DNA of 63,414 nt, the filler included, from Octopus bimaculoides (Eukaryota): assembly GCF_001194135.2 (NCBI RefSeq). It is 7 parts of 6 records of this genome, joined end to end, with 100 filler letters (N's around TTAATTAATTAA, not from the genome) between each part and the next. Parts side by side here need not be neighbours in the genome. Positions count along the whole stretch, not along the records: positions 27,561 to 32,041 come from NC_068983.1; positions 32,142 to 50,969 come from NC_069000.1; 5 more parts are not named here. The stretch is one strand, 5' to 3'. Under the pieces are notes generated by a model that saw nothing but the letters and a program-made list of their open reading frames with translations, did not search any database and had not been told where the DNA came from. Positions 28,839 to 42,800 of this stretch are shown piece after piece; the first letter of the stretch is position 1, and every line of letters begins with the position of its first letter. The translations under genes and the position numbers were made by a program.

Positions 28839-30479
28839 TCATACATATATACACACATGTATACATATATATTCATACATATATATACAGAACATACATG
28901 TATGTATGTATGTTTGTATGTATGTATGTACGTATGTACGTATGTATGTATGTATGTATGTATGTATGTATGTATGTATAAACTAGCGTCTTCCAGTTTC
29001 CGTGTTCCACTCACAAGTCTTTGCTCAACCCGGTTCTATAGTGTGAGTCACTAGACAAAGTTGTCGCACAGTGGGACTGAACCCATAAAATTAGGAAGTA
29101 AGCTTCTTAACAACACAAGCATATAGTTATATATACGTACAGAATGTGAATAAATATATGAACAAGTGTGTTGGTGGGGATGGGGGTAAAATACACATCA
29201 TAATATTAGTGTGACTCAATACTATGTAGTGGAGTGAAGTGACAATTGTTCAAAGTTGAGTCAGTACGACTCATAACTTGCGGTTTTAAGATTCTTCGGG
29301 AACGAGAAACTCGAAAGAAGTGACACACTTTTGAATATAGCGCGCACTCATGTTTGTGCGTGTTGCGTGCAAACGAGAAGGAAAACGTGCTCAAAATATT
29401 TCGTCGATAACGCGGTTGCTACTTAAGAATTTCTCCTTATATGCGCTCCTTCATCTTTTTTTGTCGATTGCAGTATCTCAACTTGCGAGGAACTCAGAGT
29501 AGCCACACAATTTTACATCTATTTCAAACTTGCGTGTGTGCGTGTGTGCGCGTGTACGCGCGCGCGAGCGTTGTGCGCGGACATTTGTGAGCGAACATAT
29601 GTGAATGCGCTTTAATGTAAACATTAGAAAAAAGTCATCCGAACAGTGCCTATATATAGACACATACATCTGCTTAAAATCGATTAATGCACGTGCGTTA
29701 ATGTAAACATTAAACTTTCGGCAGTAGGGGAGAGGAAATTTGCATATTTAGGAGTGTGCATTCGTGTTTGGTGGGGGCTGTATATAAATGTATATCACTG
29801 AGTAAAATCGATTTTAATACGGTGTACAATATATATATATATATATATGTATGTATATATATATATATANNNNNNNNNNNNNNNNNNNNNNNNNNNNNNN
29901 NNNNNNNNNNNNNNNNNNNNNNNNNNNNNNNNNNNNNNNNNNNNNNNNNNNNNNNNNNNNNNNNNNNNNNNNNNNNNNNNNNNNNNNNNNNNNNNNNNNN
30001 NNNNNNNNNNNNNNNNNNNNNNNNNNNNNNNNNNNNNNNNNNNNNNNNNNNNNNNNNNNNNNNNNNNNNNNNNNNNNNNNNNNNNNNNNNNNNNNNNNNN
30101 NNNNNNNNNNNNNNNNNNNNNNNNNNNNNNNNNNNNNNNNNNNNNNNNNNNNNNNNNNNNNNNNNNNNNNNNNNNNNNNNNNNNNNNNNNNNNNNNNNNN
30201 NNNNNNNNNNNNNNNCGAGCGTTGTGCGCGGACATTTGTGAGCGAACATATGTGAATGCGCTTTAATGTAAACATTAGAAAAAAGTCATCCGAACAGTGC
30301 CTATATATAGACACATACATCTGCTTAAAATCGATTAATGCACGTGCGTTAATGTAAACATTAAACTTTCGGCAGTAGGGGAGAGGAAATTTGCATATTT
30401 AGGAGTGTGCATTCGTGTTTGGTGGGGGCTGTATATAAATGTATATCACTGAGTAAAATCGATTTTAATACGGTGTACA

Positions 30480-30517
<38 letters not shown>

Positions 30518-31318
30518 ATGTTTATATTCAAAGGAAAAGCTTCCAGCATTACCTTTTACTGTGATGACTAAATCAAACAAAACAACTTAAAAAAGAATCT
30601 GTGAGTGCATTTGTGTGAGTGTAATAAAATATACGGTTTCATATTTATGCATGTACATAGGAATATATTTATGTGGTAGAACAGGTAGCACATTTGATTC
30701 TCTTTGATTCTTTGAAAATTCTATGAATTTTGGGTGCCTGTTACTGAGGCCACGGTAGCCTTATGGTATTGATTTCTTTACGTAAGTACAATCAATGCCT
30801 TAAATTTTGTGGAACGAAATGGTTGACTATATCGATCTCAGTACTTGTTTAGTATCGAGCCCTAAAGGGTGAAAGCGAAAATGTGAAAGGCATGTTCGGA
30901 ACTCAAAACTTAACCATGAAGAACAGGATGCCCATCGCTCTTACATTACTGTTGATTAAATATTTGCAGTACAGCAACAAAATATCGTAAAAGCATTTCT
31001 GCTTTCTTTTCTGTTTTTTGTTGTTTTTTTAATGTTATATTATCAACATATCCAAGACGGCGAGCTAGCAGAATCATTACAGCATCGAGCAAAATGAAAA
31101 CACTTTAACGGCATTTCTTCTGATACCTTACATTCTAAGATCGAATCTCAACTTTGCCTTCGGGAGTAAATAAAAAAAAACAAGATTAATAATGTAACAG
31201 TCAAGTACTTGATTTCGATATAATCGAGTTGCACCTCCCCTCAAAATTGCTGGCCTTGTGCCAAAATTAAAATATGATGCACTTACTATATATATATAAG
31301 AGGGAGAGAGAGAGAGAA

Positions 31319-31349
<31 letters not shown>

Positions 31350-31996
31350 AAGAGAGAGAGAAGAAGACTGTTAAACAATATTCTGCCTTATTTTGAAAAC
31401 TGCATAAGTGTTGCATGTAGTAGCCGCATGTTTCTATTTATAGAGAAATAACGAAAAATGTACGTATATACATGCGAATGTTTAGACGCAGGAAAACGTA
31501 AACAAGAAATCTTATAAATATACAAAGACACAAAGCCATAGACGTACACACACACGCACACACACACACACACGCGCGCATCATATACTCACACACACAT
31601 TCATATACTCTCGCACACACGCACACACACACACACACTCATATACACACGCACATACAAATATTTGTATGAGCGCAGAAGCGTGCGCATATTCACACGT
31701 AATAAGCGCATGTTGCATATATAAATAGAAACCAACTGAAGGTAGCACATGTTAGATATCTATATTTACATAAACGTTAAAAAAGGAATTATTTGGTTTA
31801 ATCTGTTCAATTTATATACATCGCATCGTAATCGGCAAGCATACTAGAATCGAACTACCGGTAAGTTCGGCTAGCATTACAGATTCGATTGCTGATTGTA
31901 ATAGATATACTTCACTTAAGCCTAACCTCTTTGAATAGAGAGTATCACAAAATTCCGATAATAAAATCGCTATATATATATATATATATATATATA

Positions 31997-32041
<45 letters not shown>

Positions 32042-32231
32042 NNNNNNNNNNNNNNNNNNNNNNNNNNNNNNNNNNNNNNNNNNNNTTAATTAATTAANNN
32101 NNNNNNNNNNNNNNNNNNNNNNNNNNNNNNNNNNNNNNNNNATATATATATATATATATACATATAAAAATAAACACACATACATGCATATGTATATATA
32201 AGCATATATATATATATAATCTATCTATCTG

Positions 32232-32275
<44 letters not shown>

Positions 32276-32719
32276 AATACATGTATAATGTAATGTAATA
32301 AATGTGTGTGTGTATATATACGTATATACGTGTATATATATATAGTACCCAACGTATAAGGACGAAAAATTGCATGCTAATAGACAGAAAAAACAAAAAC
32401 AAAAACAGAAATGATCCAGCTGAGCGTGCTGATATTTGAAATAAGCAGACGACTCTTATTAGCAGTCAACTATGTAAGAATAAGCTGTTAACATCGTTAA
32501 TGCTGTCTACTTAACCTACCGCTTTGACAACTCACACGCAGACCAGCTTGACTTCAGAAACGAAGGTTTGACAATATTGGACACAATTTGAAAGCGATTG
32601 CTTTGAGACTTTGATATGACGATGTGATCGTTACGATAAATTTATCGCAACGGCGAAGTTTATTCAAAATGGCGTAGCTCTGTTGGCTAGCCGTTTTGTG
32701 CGTGTGCGCGCACGCGCTC

Positions 32720-32797
<78 letters not shown>

Positions 32798-33396
32798 GTC
32801 TGTCTGTCTGTCTGTCTGTCTGTCAGTTTGTCTGTTTGTNNNNNNNNNNNNNNNNNNNNNNNNNNNNNNNNNNNNNNNNNNNNNNNNNNNNNNNNNNNNN
32901 NNNNNNNNNNNNNNNNNNNNNNNNNNNNNNNNNNNNNNNNNNNNNNNNNNNNNNNNNNNNNNNNNNNNNNNNNNNNNNNNNNNNNNNNNNNNNNNNNNNN
33001 NNNNNNNNNNNNNNNNNNNNNNNNNNNNNNNNNNNNNNNNNNNNNNNNNNNNNNNNNNNNNNNNNNNNNNNNNNNNNNNNNNNNNNNNNNNNNNNNNNNN
33101 NNNNNNNNNNNNNNNNNNNNNNNNNNNNNNNNNNNNNNNNNNNNNNNNNNNNNNNNNNNNNNNNNNNNNNNNNNNNNNNNNNNNNNNNNNNNNNNNNNNN
33201 NNNNNNNNNNNNNNNNNNNNNNNNNNNNNNNNNNNNNNNNNNNNNNNNNNNNNNNNNNNNNNNNNNNNNNNNNNNNNNNNNNNNNNNNNNNNNNNNNNNN
33301 NNNNNNNNNNNNNNNNNNNNNNNNNNNNNNNNNNNNNNNNNNNNNNNNNNNNNNNNNNNNNNNNNNNNNNNNNNNNNNNTATATATATATATATAA

Positions 33397-33504
<108 letters not shown>

Positions 33505-34613
33505 ATCATTAACTATATGTCTGCTTCCTTATCCTTATCTCTTCCACCAATCATCTTGTTTTCTTACCTCCTCATTTTAATTGTTCATCATTTAGGTCAC
33601 ATCTTCTCTCTCTCTCTTTCTCTTCCTTTTCAGATTACTTTTTTGTGTTTGTCTATCTCTGTTTCTGTATCTTATCTCTCATTCTCATTCTCCTCATTTT
33701 TAAAAGTTTTTCTTTTCTGTTTTTTTTTTTCTTCCAAATTCACACACACAAAGAAAAATAATAATAATATTAAATTCCCTAATGTAGTCCTTATCTTCCT
33801 TTGAAATATTGCCGCTGTAGTTTTCCTCTCACCATTCCCGTCAGGTTTCCAATACAAATTGAAATTACTTTCACTTATGTCGCTAATTTTCTGAAGAAAA
33901 GCATAAATTGCACAACTTGCTATGTCACCTTTCCTACTACTTTAAATATCTGAGACTAATACTATATATTTCCTCTTCCTGTCGCTTTATATTACATCTC
34001 CGAAACACAATCTCAAGTATGTAAGATTTAATGCTGCTGTCGTCTGGCTTGAGTTCTAAAAGCAGACGACACATTTTCAGCCATTTCCTCTTTCCCCTTC
34101 CCCGCTTCATTCATGTTAAAGAGACGAAGTAAAAGAAATTTTCAAATAAATAACATAGATTTGACATAGATAATAAACATAAACATGAGAGTATGTCTGT
34201 GTTCACAGCGAATACATTAAAACTTTAAACATGAAGCATTTGTACGAAGCAGACGACAGATTTTAAAGCTATTCTCTTTTCTTGGATGACTAACGATTAG
34301 ATCGTCAAATTTGAATAGAGAAAATGATAGATAATTATCAGTTTCTATCTTGATTTAAAGGCTAACTGAAAAGTCGTTAAATTAAGAAACTTTGGTTCTG
34401 ATAAATTATTAAGATAAGTGCAAGTAAATTCCTGTAACTTGATACAGTAAAATAAGATTTAGAAATAAAAATACGGTAAAAAAAATTTGAACAAACTAAA
34501 AAAATTTAAACAGTCTGAACAGTTTGTAATTATTATTATATAAGTCCTTAGAAATATTTTCCGTTTGTGAAACATTTGATATTTATTTCCTGAAAGCTTG
34601 AAGTTGAAAAAGG

Positions 34614-34697
<84 letters not shown>

Positions 34698-35466
34698 AAA
34701 CTTTATCTAAAAAAAAATAAAAGTTATAACTAAATTATCAAATGACGATTTTAGTGGAAGAAAATTCTTGAAATATCTATTTATTTATTTATCTGTTTAA
34801 GTATTTAATTATTAATCCTTTATCCTCTTTTACAACTTTTTGCATTGGGTATTTTAATTAGTGTGTGTGTGTATGTGTGTGTGCATATATATATATAATG
34901 TATGTATATATTACTTCTGAGTGGATATATAAAATGAAGTTTTAAAAACTTCTTAAATTTATTCTTGTCTTTTAACTGTTACCTTCATCTTGTAATATTG
35001 TATGTGGGTGTGTGTGAATGGGTGGATATTTATCATAGTTGATTTAACTTTTCACACTGCAATTGCATCATTTAATTTTAGTTTTCGTTTATTTTCACTA
35101 ATCCCTTTCCTCCAGAAGATTAAAAAAAATATATTCCCTGTAAATATTCAAAACATGAATGCGCGCAATTAAAAAAAACAAAACAAAAGAACATTATTGA
35201 CAAACATATATATAACACATAGATATACAGACAGATACACAGCTAGAAAGATAGGTAGACAGGTTGATAGATAAATGAAGCATAGATAAATAGAGAGAAA
35301 GATACAAGCATTGATAGATAGATAAATAGATAGATAAATTGATTTATAGCCAGAAAGAGAGATTGATAGGTAGCTGCTCACGTATTCTTATTGAGACATA
35401 AACAGCACAGTAAGACAAAAATATATAAACAACAGACTGAATTGTGCAAATGGTGAAGTTACTTAC

Positions 35467-35517
35467 CTTGGACTGGATAGCCCTGTCCATACCTTTGGGT
35501 CCTAAACGCAGAGCCAT
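35467..35517 (-). CDS. Probable first coding exon of a myophilin/Mp20/transgelin (calponin-homology) family gene
   Basis: aaaATGG start context, 17 codons MALRLGPKGMDRAIQSK, then a perfect AAG|GTAAGT donor. Resembles the N-termini of transgelin (MANRGPSYGLSREVQ-K) and Mp20 (MSLERAVRAK). Missed by the ORF track. No downstream CH-domain exon is visible, though one could sit in a gap. Confidence 0.5.
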
Positions 35518-36703
35518 TTTGTGTTTTTTGTTTTTAAGTTAAATATCCAAAGGCGAAAAGCTGTTGGGCTTTTTTATTTTTTTAAAAAAGATTTGAGTAA
35601 ATAAACTCAAGTCTGGACGGAGCTGCTCAAAATACGGTTTGCGCCGTTCGGTGGAGACAGTTGGAATAGAAACTTTGGTTCCAAGTCAGTCAGACATAGA
35701 ATAGGGGAAGGAGGAGAAAAAGAGCGAGAGTGGGAGGGGTGGGAGGTGCATTGTTGGCTCTGTTGGTTGGTTGGCCGGCTGGCTGGCTGGCTGGCTGGTT
35801 GGTGAGTCGGAGGTGGGGGGGGGNNNNNNNNNNNNNNNNNNNGGGGGGGGTGCGCGATAGAAGGCTGTTGTGCAGTCGGGGGTGGTAGGAGCTGGTGGAG
35901 GTGGTGGTGGCAGTGGTGGTGGTGGTGGTGATGGTGGAGCCGTCGAAACGGAAGTGTTGTGTACACACACATACACACACACACATATACACGCACGAAT
36001 ATGTAAAGGTATGTGTAAGTGTGTATGTGTATATGTATATATATATAAGTAAATGAACGTTTATATATGTGTGTGTGTGTGTTGTGTGTGTCTGTGGTGT
36101 TTGTTTGTGATTATAAGAGAATGTGTGTTTTATTTCTTTTATTTATTATTTCATATACATTTATATTTGTTTGCTTTACTTCTGGTGTCTTTTGCTCATG
36201 TCGGATCCACTAACGAAACGTGAAGAGTTGGGATGTGCTATTGATGGTGATGATGATGATGATGACGACGACGACGACGACGACGACGACTGCGGCTTCG
36301 ACGGTGGTGGTGATGATGATGCCTTACACCTCACCTCGCCGAGCTACCGTGATGCTGGCTGTATCGGGTTACGAAGCCGACTTCACATGCCTTCGCCATA
36401 TAAGTACAACGCTGGGCCGGAACAAAATGTCTAGGTGTGTCCGTGTGCATTTGCTCGAGTGTATGTGTCTATGAGATGAGTGTGACTTCAGCAGTATATG
36501 CATGTTCATCCCTCTCTTTCTCTCTGTCTCTCCTGCTTCTCTCTCAACGTCAGTTCATCTATATATGTATGTGTATATGAGCAGGTATCTATATATGAAA
36601 TTTGTTTTATCGCGTGTATAAAAAAAATCCTAGGTGTATATAACCGCTTGTTACCCTTCTCTTTCGCTTTCTCCATCTCTATCTCTTCCCCTTTAGGTCT
36701 CCC

Positions 36704-36811
36704 CCTCTCTCTGTCTCTCTCTCTGTCTCTCTGTCTGTCTCTCTCTCTGTCTCTCTCTCTGTCTCTCTCTCTCTCTGTCTCTCTCTCTCTCTGTCTCTCT
36801 CTCTCTGTCTC

Positions 36812-36842
<31 letters not shown>

Positions 36843-36927
36843 GTTTCTCTCTCTGTCTCTCTCTCTCTCTGTCTCTCTCTCTCTCTGTCTCTCTCTCTCT
36901 GTCTCTCTCTGTCTCTCTCTCTCTCTG
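36704..36927. repeat. (CT)n/(CTGT) compound microsatellite
   Basis: Read directly. It is one of dozens of (TA), (CA), (AG), (GATA), (CATA) and trinucleotide tracts in the window. Confidence 0.95.
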
Positions 36928-39054
36928 CAACTCCCTCTTAGCAGTTCTCTTTCTGGTCTTTCACCTTTCTCTATATCAATCACACACTCACTCTCCTTAC
37001 TTTACTACTCTTCCTTCTCCCTCGCACTCTCTCTCTGTGTTATGTTTCTTTCTCCTGTCTTCTCACCCCCCTCTTTCACTCTCACCTTCTGCTACCATTT
37101 TTACTTGAAGTCATACTCTTTCTCTTTTCTTCCTTTTCGCTTTATGTCTCACCTTTGTTTCTCTATTTCACACCTTTCGAAATCTTTTATCCCTCTACCC
37201 CTACGTCTTTCTCTCTTCCTCTCCCCTTTCCCCCTGTCACTCCCCTTTCCCCCTGTCACTCCCCTCACAGTTTATCTTCTTTTCGCTGCTTCTCTCACTC
37301 ACACTATCCCTCTCTTGTCGTCTGCTTCGCTGCTTTGACTTTTTTTTTTTACTTCGCTTATATCAACCTTTCCGCTCTCACTCTTTCCTTCTCTCTTCCT
37401 CTCCCCCTTCTCCCTCACTCGCTCTTTTATTATCCTCACTTTCTATCCTCATCTCCGCCATACTGTCTCTCTCTCTTTCTATATCTCCTTCTCCTCCTCC
37501 TCCTCCTCTCTCGTTCACTCATTCTCCCATCTTCCAATCCGTTTTTCACCCGCGTGTTCACATGTTTCCAAGAAAGTTTGGTTAAACCTGGTATCTGATG
37601 GGATGGCTGGTAATTGCGGGGCAGGAGACGTCTGCGGAGGGTGGATGGAACGCCAAAATTAAAAGCACAAGGGTGAATGGGTGTGTGCGTGCGTGTGACG
37701 GATTATACATACATACATACATACATACATACATACGTACATACATACGTACGTACGTACATACATACATACATACATACATACATACACACATATACGT
37801 ACACATATATACATACATACATACATACATACTTATATACGTATACACTTACATACACATACATGAACTTGTATATGCATGTGTAAATATATTTACGTAT
37901 ATATGCATATGTACATATATATATGTGTATATAATGTATATATGTATCTATCTATCTATATATTCATCTTTTCATGTACATATGCTATATAAATGTGTGT
38001 ATATATATATAAGTATGTGTGTGTATATTACATATATGTGTGTGTGTTTGTGTGTGAATACGCACAGATATATGAGTATGTAATTGTGTGTATTATATGC
38101 GTTTATATTTGTTTGTATTTAAATACACTCACACGCATGCACATACACACATACATACATACATGCATACATACACACGCATGCATGCATACATACATAC
38201 ATACTTACATGCATACACACACATGTGTTTTAAGATGCCTCAAACGACAACAGCAACGGATGCAAGAAACGCTAAAACGTAACATGACGGTTATGAAGGG
38301 GGTGGGGGATGGAGGGTAGACATATGAGCCTGATGAAGCTAACGTTGGTCTGTATACGTTTTTGTGATGATGAGGCTAAATGCGTGTGTGTGTGTGTGTA
38401 TGTGAATGTGTGTGGGAGTTTCCTGTTGAAGATGAGGCATAAAGAGAGAAGGTTAGAAAGAGAGAGAGAGAGGGGGGAAGCAAATGAGAGAGAGACTGAG
38501 AGACATAGGTAGAGAAACAAGGAAAAAGAAAGAGAGTGGGGAGAGGTGCAGAATACGAGAGGATCTCATTTTAAATGTGTACGGGTGTTAGTCTGTTAGT
38601 GTGTATGATGGCTTCTGCATTTATTTGTGTGTGTGTGTGAGAAATATAGATAGATAGAGACATTGATGGAAAGCTAGCTAGATAGAGGGATAGAGAGATA
38701 GGAAGAGAAGGAGAGAGAAAGAGAGAGAGAGAGAGAGACGAGAGAAATTGGAGACGGGGAGAAAGAAAGAGAGAAAGAAGGAGAAAGAAAGAGAGAGCGA
38801 GGGGAGAGAGATTGTTTTGTGTATGTGTGTTTTTACACCTGTGTCTCCAAATGATGCACGGGGGATCCCTGTATACACAATCTCAGCATGCAGAGAAGCA
38901 CTGAGCCCCCTTAGAGCGCCAGGCTTCCGCGGGCGACTCTCCTGTGCGTCCATGCCTCTCTATGTCTGCTTAACTTGCCCGTGTGTATGTATGTTGTGTG
39001 TGTGTTTACCTCTGAGTGAGAATGCCTTTGTACTAGTGTGTGCGATGTATGAGT

Positions 39055-39585
39055 ATGTGGTGAAGACGAGTGGCTTAGTGATCAAGGTATTGGGTTCGTG
39101 ATCGCAAGATCATGAGTTCCATGAGTTCGATACCCAGTGGTGCATTGTGTTATTGAACAAGAAACTTTATTTCTTAGCGATATTTCGTCTGCCGCTACGT
39201 TCTGAGTTCAAATTCCGCCGAGGTCGACTTTGCCTTTCATCCTTTCGGGGGGGTCGATTAAATAAGTACCAGTTACACACTGGGGTCGATATAATCGACT
39301 TAATCCGTTTGTCTATCCTTGTTTGTCCCCTCTGTGTGTAGCCCCCTGTGGGCAGTAAAGAAATAAGAAACGTTANNNNNNNNNNGGGGTCGATATAATC
39401 GACTTAATCCGTTTGTCTGTCCTTGTTTGTCCCCTCTGTGTGTAGCCCCCCTGTGGGCAGTAAAGAAATAAGAAACGTTAGCACGCCGGGTGAAATGCTT
39501 AGCGGCATTTCGTCTGCCGTTACGTTCTGAGCTCAAATTCCGCCGAGGTCGACTTTGCCTTTCATCCTTTCGGGGTCGATAAATT
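39055..39585 (+). mobile_element. Family C head fused to a tandem array of SINE family A units
   Basis: Repeated atttcgtctgccg..gagttcaaattccgccgaggtcgactttgcctttcatcc..ttgtcccctctgtgtgtagcccc..aaagaaataagaaacgtta units. Confidence 0.85.
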
Positions 39586-39761
39586 ACGGACAGAAGAATA
39601 ACATATACGGACAGAAGGATAGATAGTAACGGCTGGAATTACTTTGGAGGCTCATAATCATCATCATCATCATCATCGTCGTCGTCATCGTCGTTTTTCT
39701 CATGTTGATGATGATAATGTTGCGGTTTGAGACGATGAGGAGGAAGAAAGCAGCGATAGTG

Positions 39762-39826
<65 letters not shown>

Positions 39827-39970
39827 GCCGCTGAGGTCGACATTGCCTTTCATCCTTTAGGGATCAATAAAATAAGTACAATCCAGTTAACCACGGAGGT
39901 CAATGTAATCGACATAGCCCCTCTCCTAGAATTGCTGGCCTTGTGCCAAAATTTAAAACCGTTATGAATA

Positions 39971-40001
<31 letters not shown>

Positions 40002-40336
40002 AATGATGGTGATGATAATGATCAACTTGATAATAATCCAAGATGATGATGGCGTTGATGAGGATGATTATTAGTGCAATGGTGTTAATGATAGCGCGCG
40101 CACGTGTTTGTGTGCGCGTGCGCGCGCGTATGTGTGCGTATGTGTGTGTGTGTGTGTGTGTTTACAGAGATTATGTAGACCATGAAAATATGCCAGAATT
40201 TTAAAGAAGAACAAAGCGTTGTTTAGGAACACATTAGACACTGAGAATATAAATTCCTGATATATATTTATATGTATGTATATATATATATATATATATA
40301 TGCTTGTGAGTGTGTGTATATAAATATATACATACA

Positions 40337-40369
<33 letters not shown>

Positions 40370-40477
40370 NNNNNNNNNNNNNNNNNNNNNNNNNNNNNNN
40401 NNNNNNNNNNNNNNNNNNNNNNNNNNNNNNNNNNNNNNNNNNNNNNNNNNNNNNNNNNNTATATATATATATATATA

Positions 40478-40690
40478 TACTCTTCGAAACGCCTGTGTTA
40501 GAGTGGGGGCAGCTGATGAAGGAAAATGTTCTCTATGTGGCCTGTGTGTGTTCTGTACTCTGGTTATTATTATTTTTTTGTCTACGTTTTGTTTGCAATG
40601 TCCTGTACCCAGATATGCACCTATATATACAGGTAGACGTAGGTATGCACATACCTGTACGTATATATGCATATACTCATCTATTGTTTG
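40478..40690 (+). repeat. Unclassified (TA)n-flanked dispersed repeat, possibly Penelope-related
   Basis: ctcttcgaaacgc..ggaaaatgttctct..gtcctgtacccagatatgca recurs in reverse at 27620-27862 and partly at 56660-56820. Confidence 0.6.
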
Positions 40691-41015
40691 TTTTATATAT
40701 ATGCATATGTGTAAATGTATAATAAAGTGTATATATAGATATATAGATGTGAGTGCGTATATATTTGTAACTACACGCACCCACACACACACACACACAC
40801 ACACACAAAGAAGAAATTGGAAAAAAAAATTGATAATCAAAACAAGGGGCCTCAACAGAGCATTCAGAGAATGAGAAGATGAAACACAAGTTCGGATTAC
40901 AGATATAGCTGTATGTGGGTGTAGAGTTAAGTTTGAGTCAAAATGGTCAAATATGTAAATATCTTTATGTCTGTATTACCGACTAACTTGCTTACATACC
41001 TACCTACCTACCTCG

Positions 41016-41070
<55 letters not shown>

Positions 41071-41102
41071 GTTTTCTTGTCTAAGACTGTATCTATTTAC
41101 CA

Positions 41103-41137
<35 letters not shown>

Positions 41138-41232
41138 TATGTATATTGAGAGCTTATTTATATTAGACAGATAGTGATCATAGCCCCTAACAAATTATCA
41201 ACTAGTTGTGGAGCACACTCACTGAATATGTA

Positions 41233-41266
<34 letters not shown>

Positions 41267-41777
41267 CACGTATACACCCCACCCTCCGCTATATATGCGT
41301 ATGTATGTATGTATGTATGTATGTATGTATGTATGCATGTATGTATGTGTATATGTCGCACGCAAATGCCTATGTGCATGCGATATCTATCGGTATGCAT
41401 ATGTATCAATCTGTCTGTTTAACACTATTTACATTTCACACTTAACTCGCATTAAACTTCTTTTAACACTCACACGCACACAACACCCATACCCTTCCTT
41501 CGCTGCCAAGTTCTGAAAAGTTATTCCTGCCTTACTTCCTCGTCATTGCTATTATGGCTTCGCTAACTTTTTATTTATCTTCGTTTCGCTCAGTTATCTC
41601 CTGTCTTACATTAAATACTTATTATCTCCCCTTCTCACTCTCCCACAATCCGCTCATTTTCTTCTCCCCCCCACCATTTACCACGGTGCTATACTTCACT
41701 ATATCTCCGCTTTCTTTTTTTTTCTCTGCATTACGTTACCTATTCCATTAAGATATTGTCATTTGTAATTTGTCCCT

Positions 41778-41829
<52 letters not shown>

Positions 41830-42180
41830 AATGCATATAGTTGCACATCGAGACATGCTCATATATATTTAAATGATAAACTTCTGGAAAGTTTTACAGA
41901 TTTTTACAGTTCCAGTGATGGATTGGATTTGTTGTCTTCGAATTAGCTTTCTCCTTTATGGTTTTGCGAAGCCTAATTTCTCAAGATCGGTATTTAGGCA
42001 GTGTGTTACATATCCCAGGGTCCCAATAATTACAGGTATAAACCTGAACTTGTAATCTGTATAGAGTAATTGCAGATTTCTCAATAGTTCAGCATAGGTG
42101 TTCCCTTTTTCACTGATCTTCAGCTTTATGCTAACATCCGCTGGACAGCTAATTTCCACAACTGTGCACAGTTACTCTTC
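41830..42180 (-). mobile_element. 5'-truncated 3' end of an REL-type (R4/NeSL-like) LINE, copy A
   Basis: VEISCPADVSIKLKISEKGNTYAELLRNLQLLYTDYKFRFIPVIIGTLG... is a typical REL C-terminus. Confidence 0.8.
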
Positions 42181-42209
42181 TCTAATGTATGCATGTATGT
42201 ATGTATGTT

Positions 42210-42800
42210 ATCAATCAGTTTCATTTCTGTATTTCTTGTCCATAGAGAAAGAGCCGGACTCTAACATAGATTCAAGGCTCCTTCATTGGAACTTTTATCA
42301 ACATCATCTAGGTATTTGTGCATATGTGTGTGTGTGCAGTATTTGGTGTTAGTGTATGCGCAGATTTGTATGTTTGTTTTATGGATGCGTTTTTATGTCT
42401 AGATGCATGCAAATGTATTTATGTGCTAAATTTTTGGAAAGTTTTACATATCTTTACAGTTCCATTGATGGCTTGAATCTGTAGTCTTCTAATCAGCCTT
42501 TTTCTTTCAGGTTTTGAGAACCCTAATTTTTCCAATGTGCAGATTTGTATGTTTTATCTATGTATGCTCATGCATATAGTTACATATCTAGACATGTTCA
42601 TATATGTTTAAACGATAAACTTCTGAAAAGTTTTACAGTTCCAGTGATGGATTGGATCTGTAGTCTTCAAAATAGATTTCTCCTTTCTGGTTTTTAGAAG
42701 CCTTAGTTCTCAAGATTGGTATTTAGGCAGTGTGTTACATATTCCAGAGCCTCAATAATTACAGGTATAAACCCGAACTTGTAATCTTGAAAGAGTAATC
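42210..42800 (-). mobile_element. Two further head-to-tail 3'-end fragments (copies B and C) of the same REL LINE family
   Basis: 42545-42800 and 42210-42540 repeat the copy-A segments (YKFGFIPVII..; RRLQIQ.I.GTVKICKTF) and the 3' UTR aaacatacaaatctgc. Confidence 0.75.

Noticed and set aside
29565-30498. About 280-bp near-perfect direct duplication (29565-29847 and 30216-30498)
   Set aside because: The copies flank an N gap and end in a (TA)n tract, which is typical of unmerged overlapping contig ends or haplotypes.
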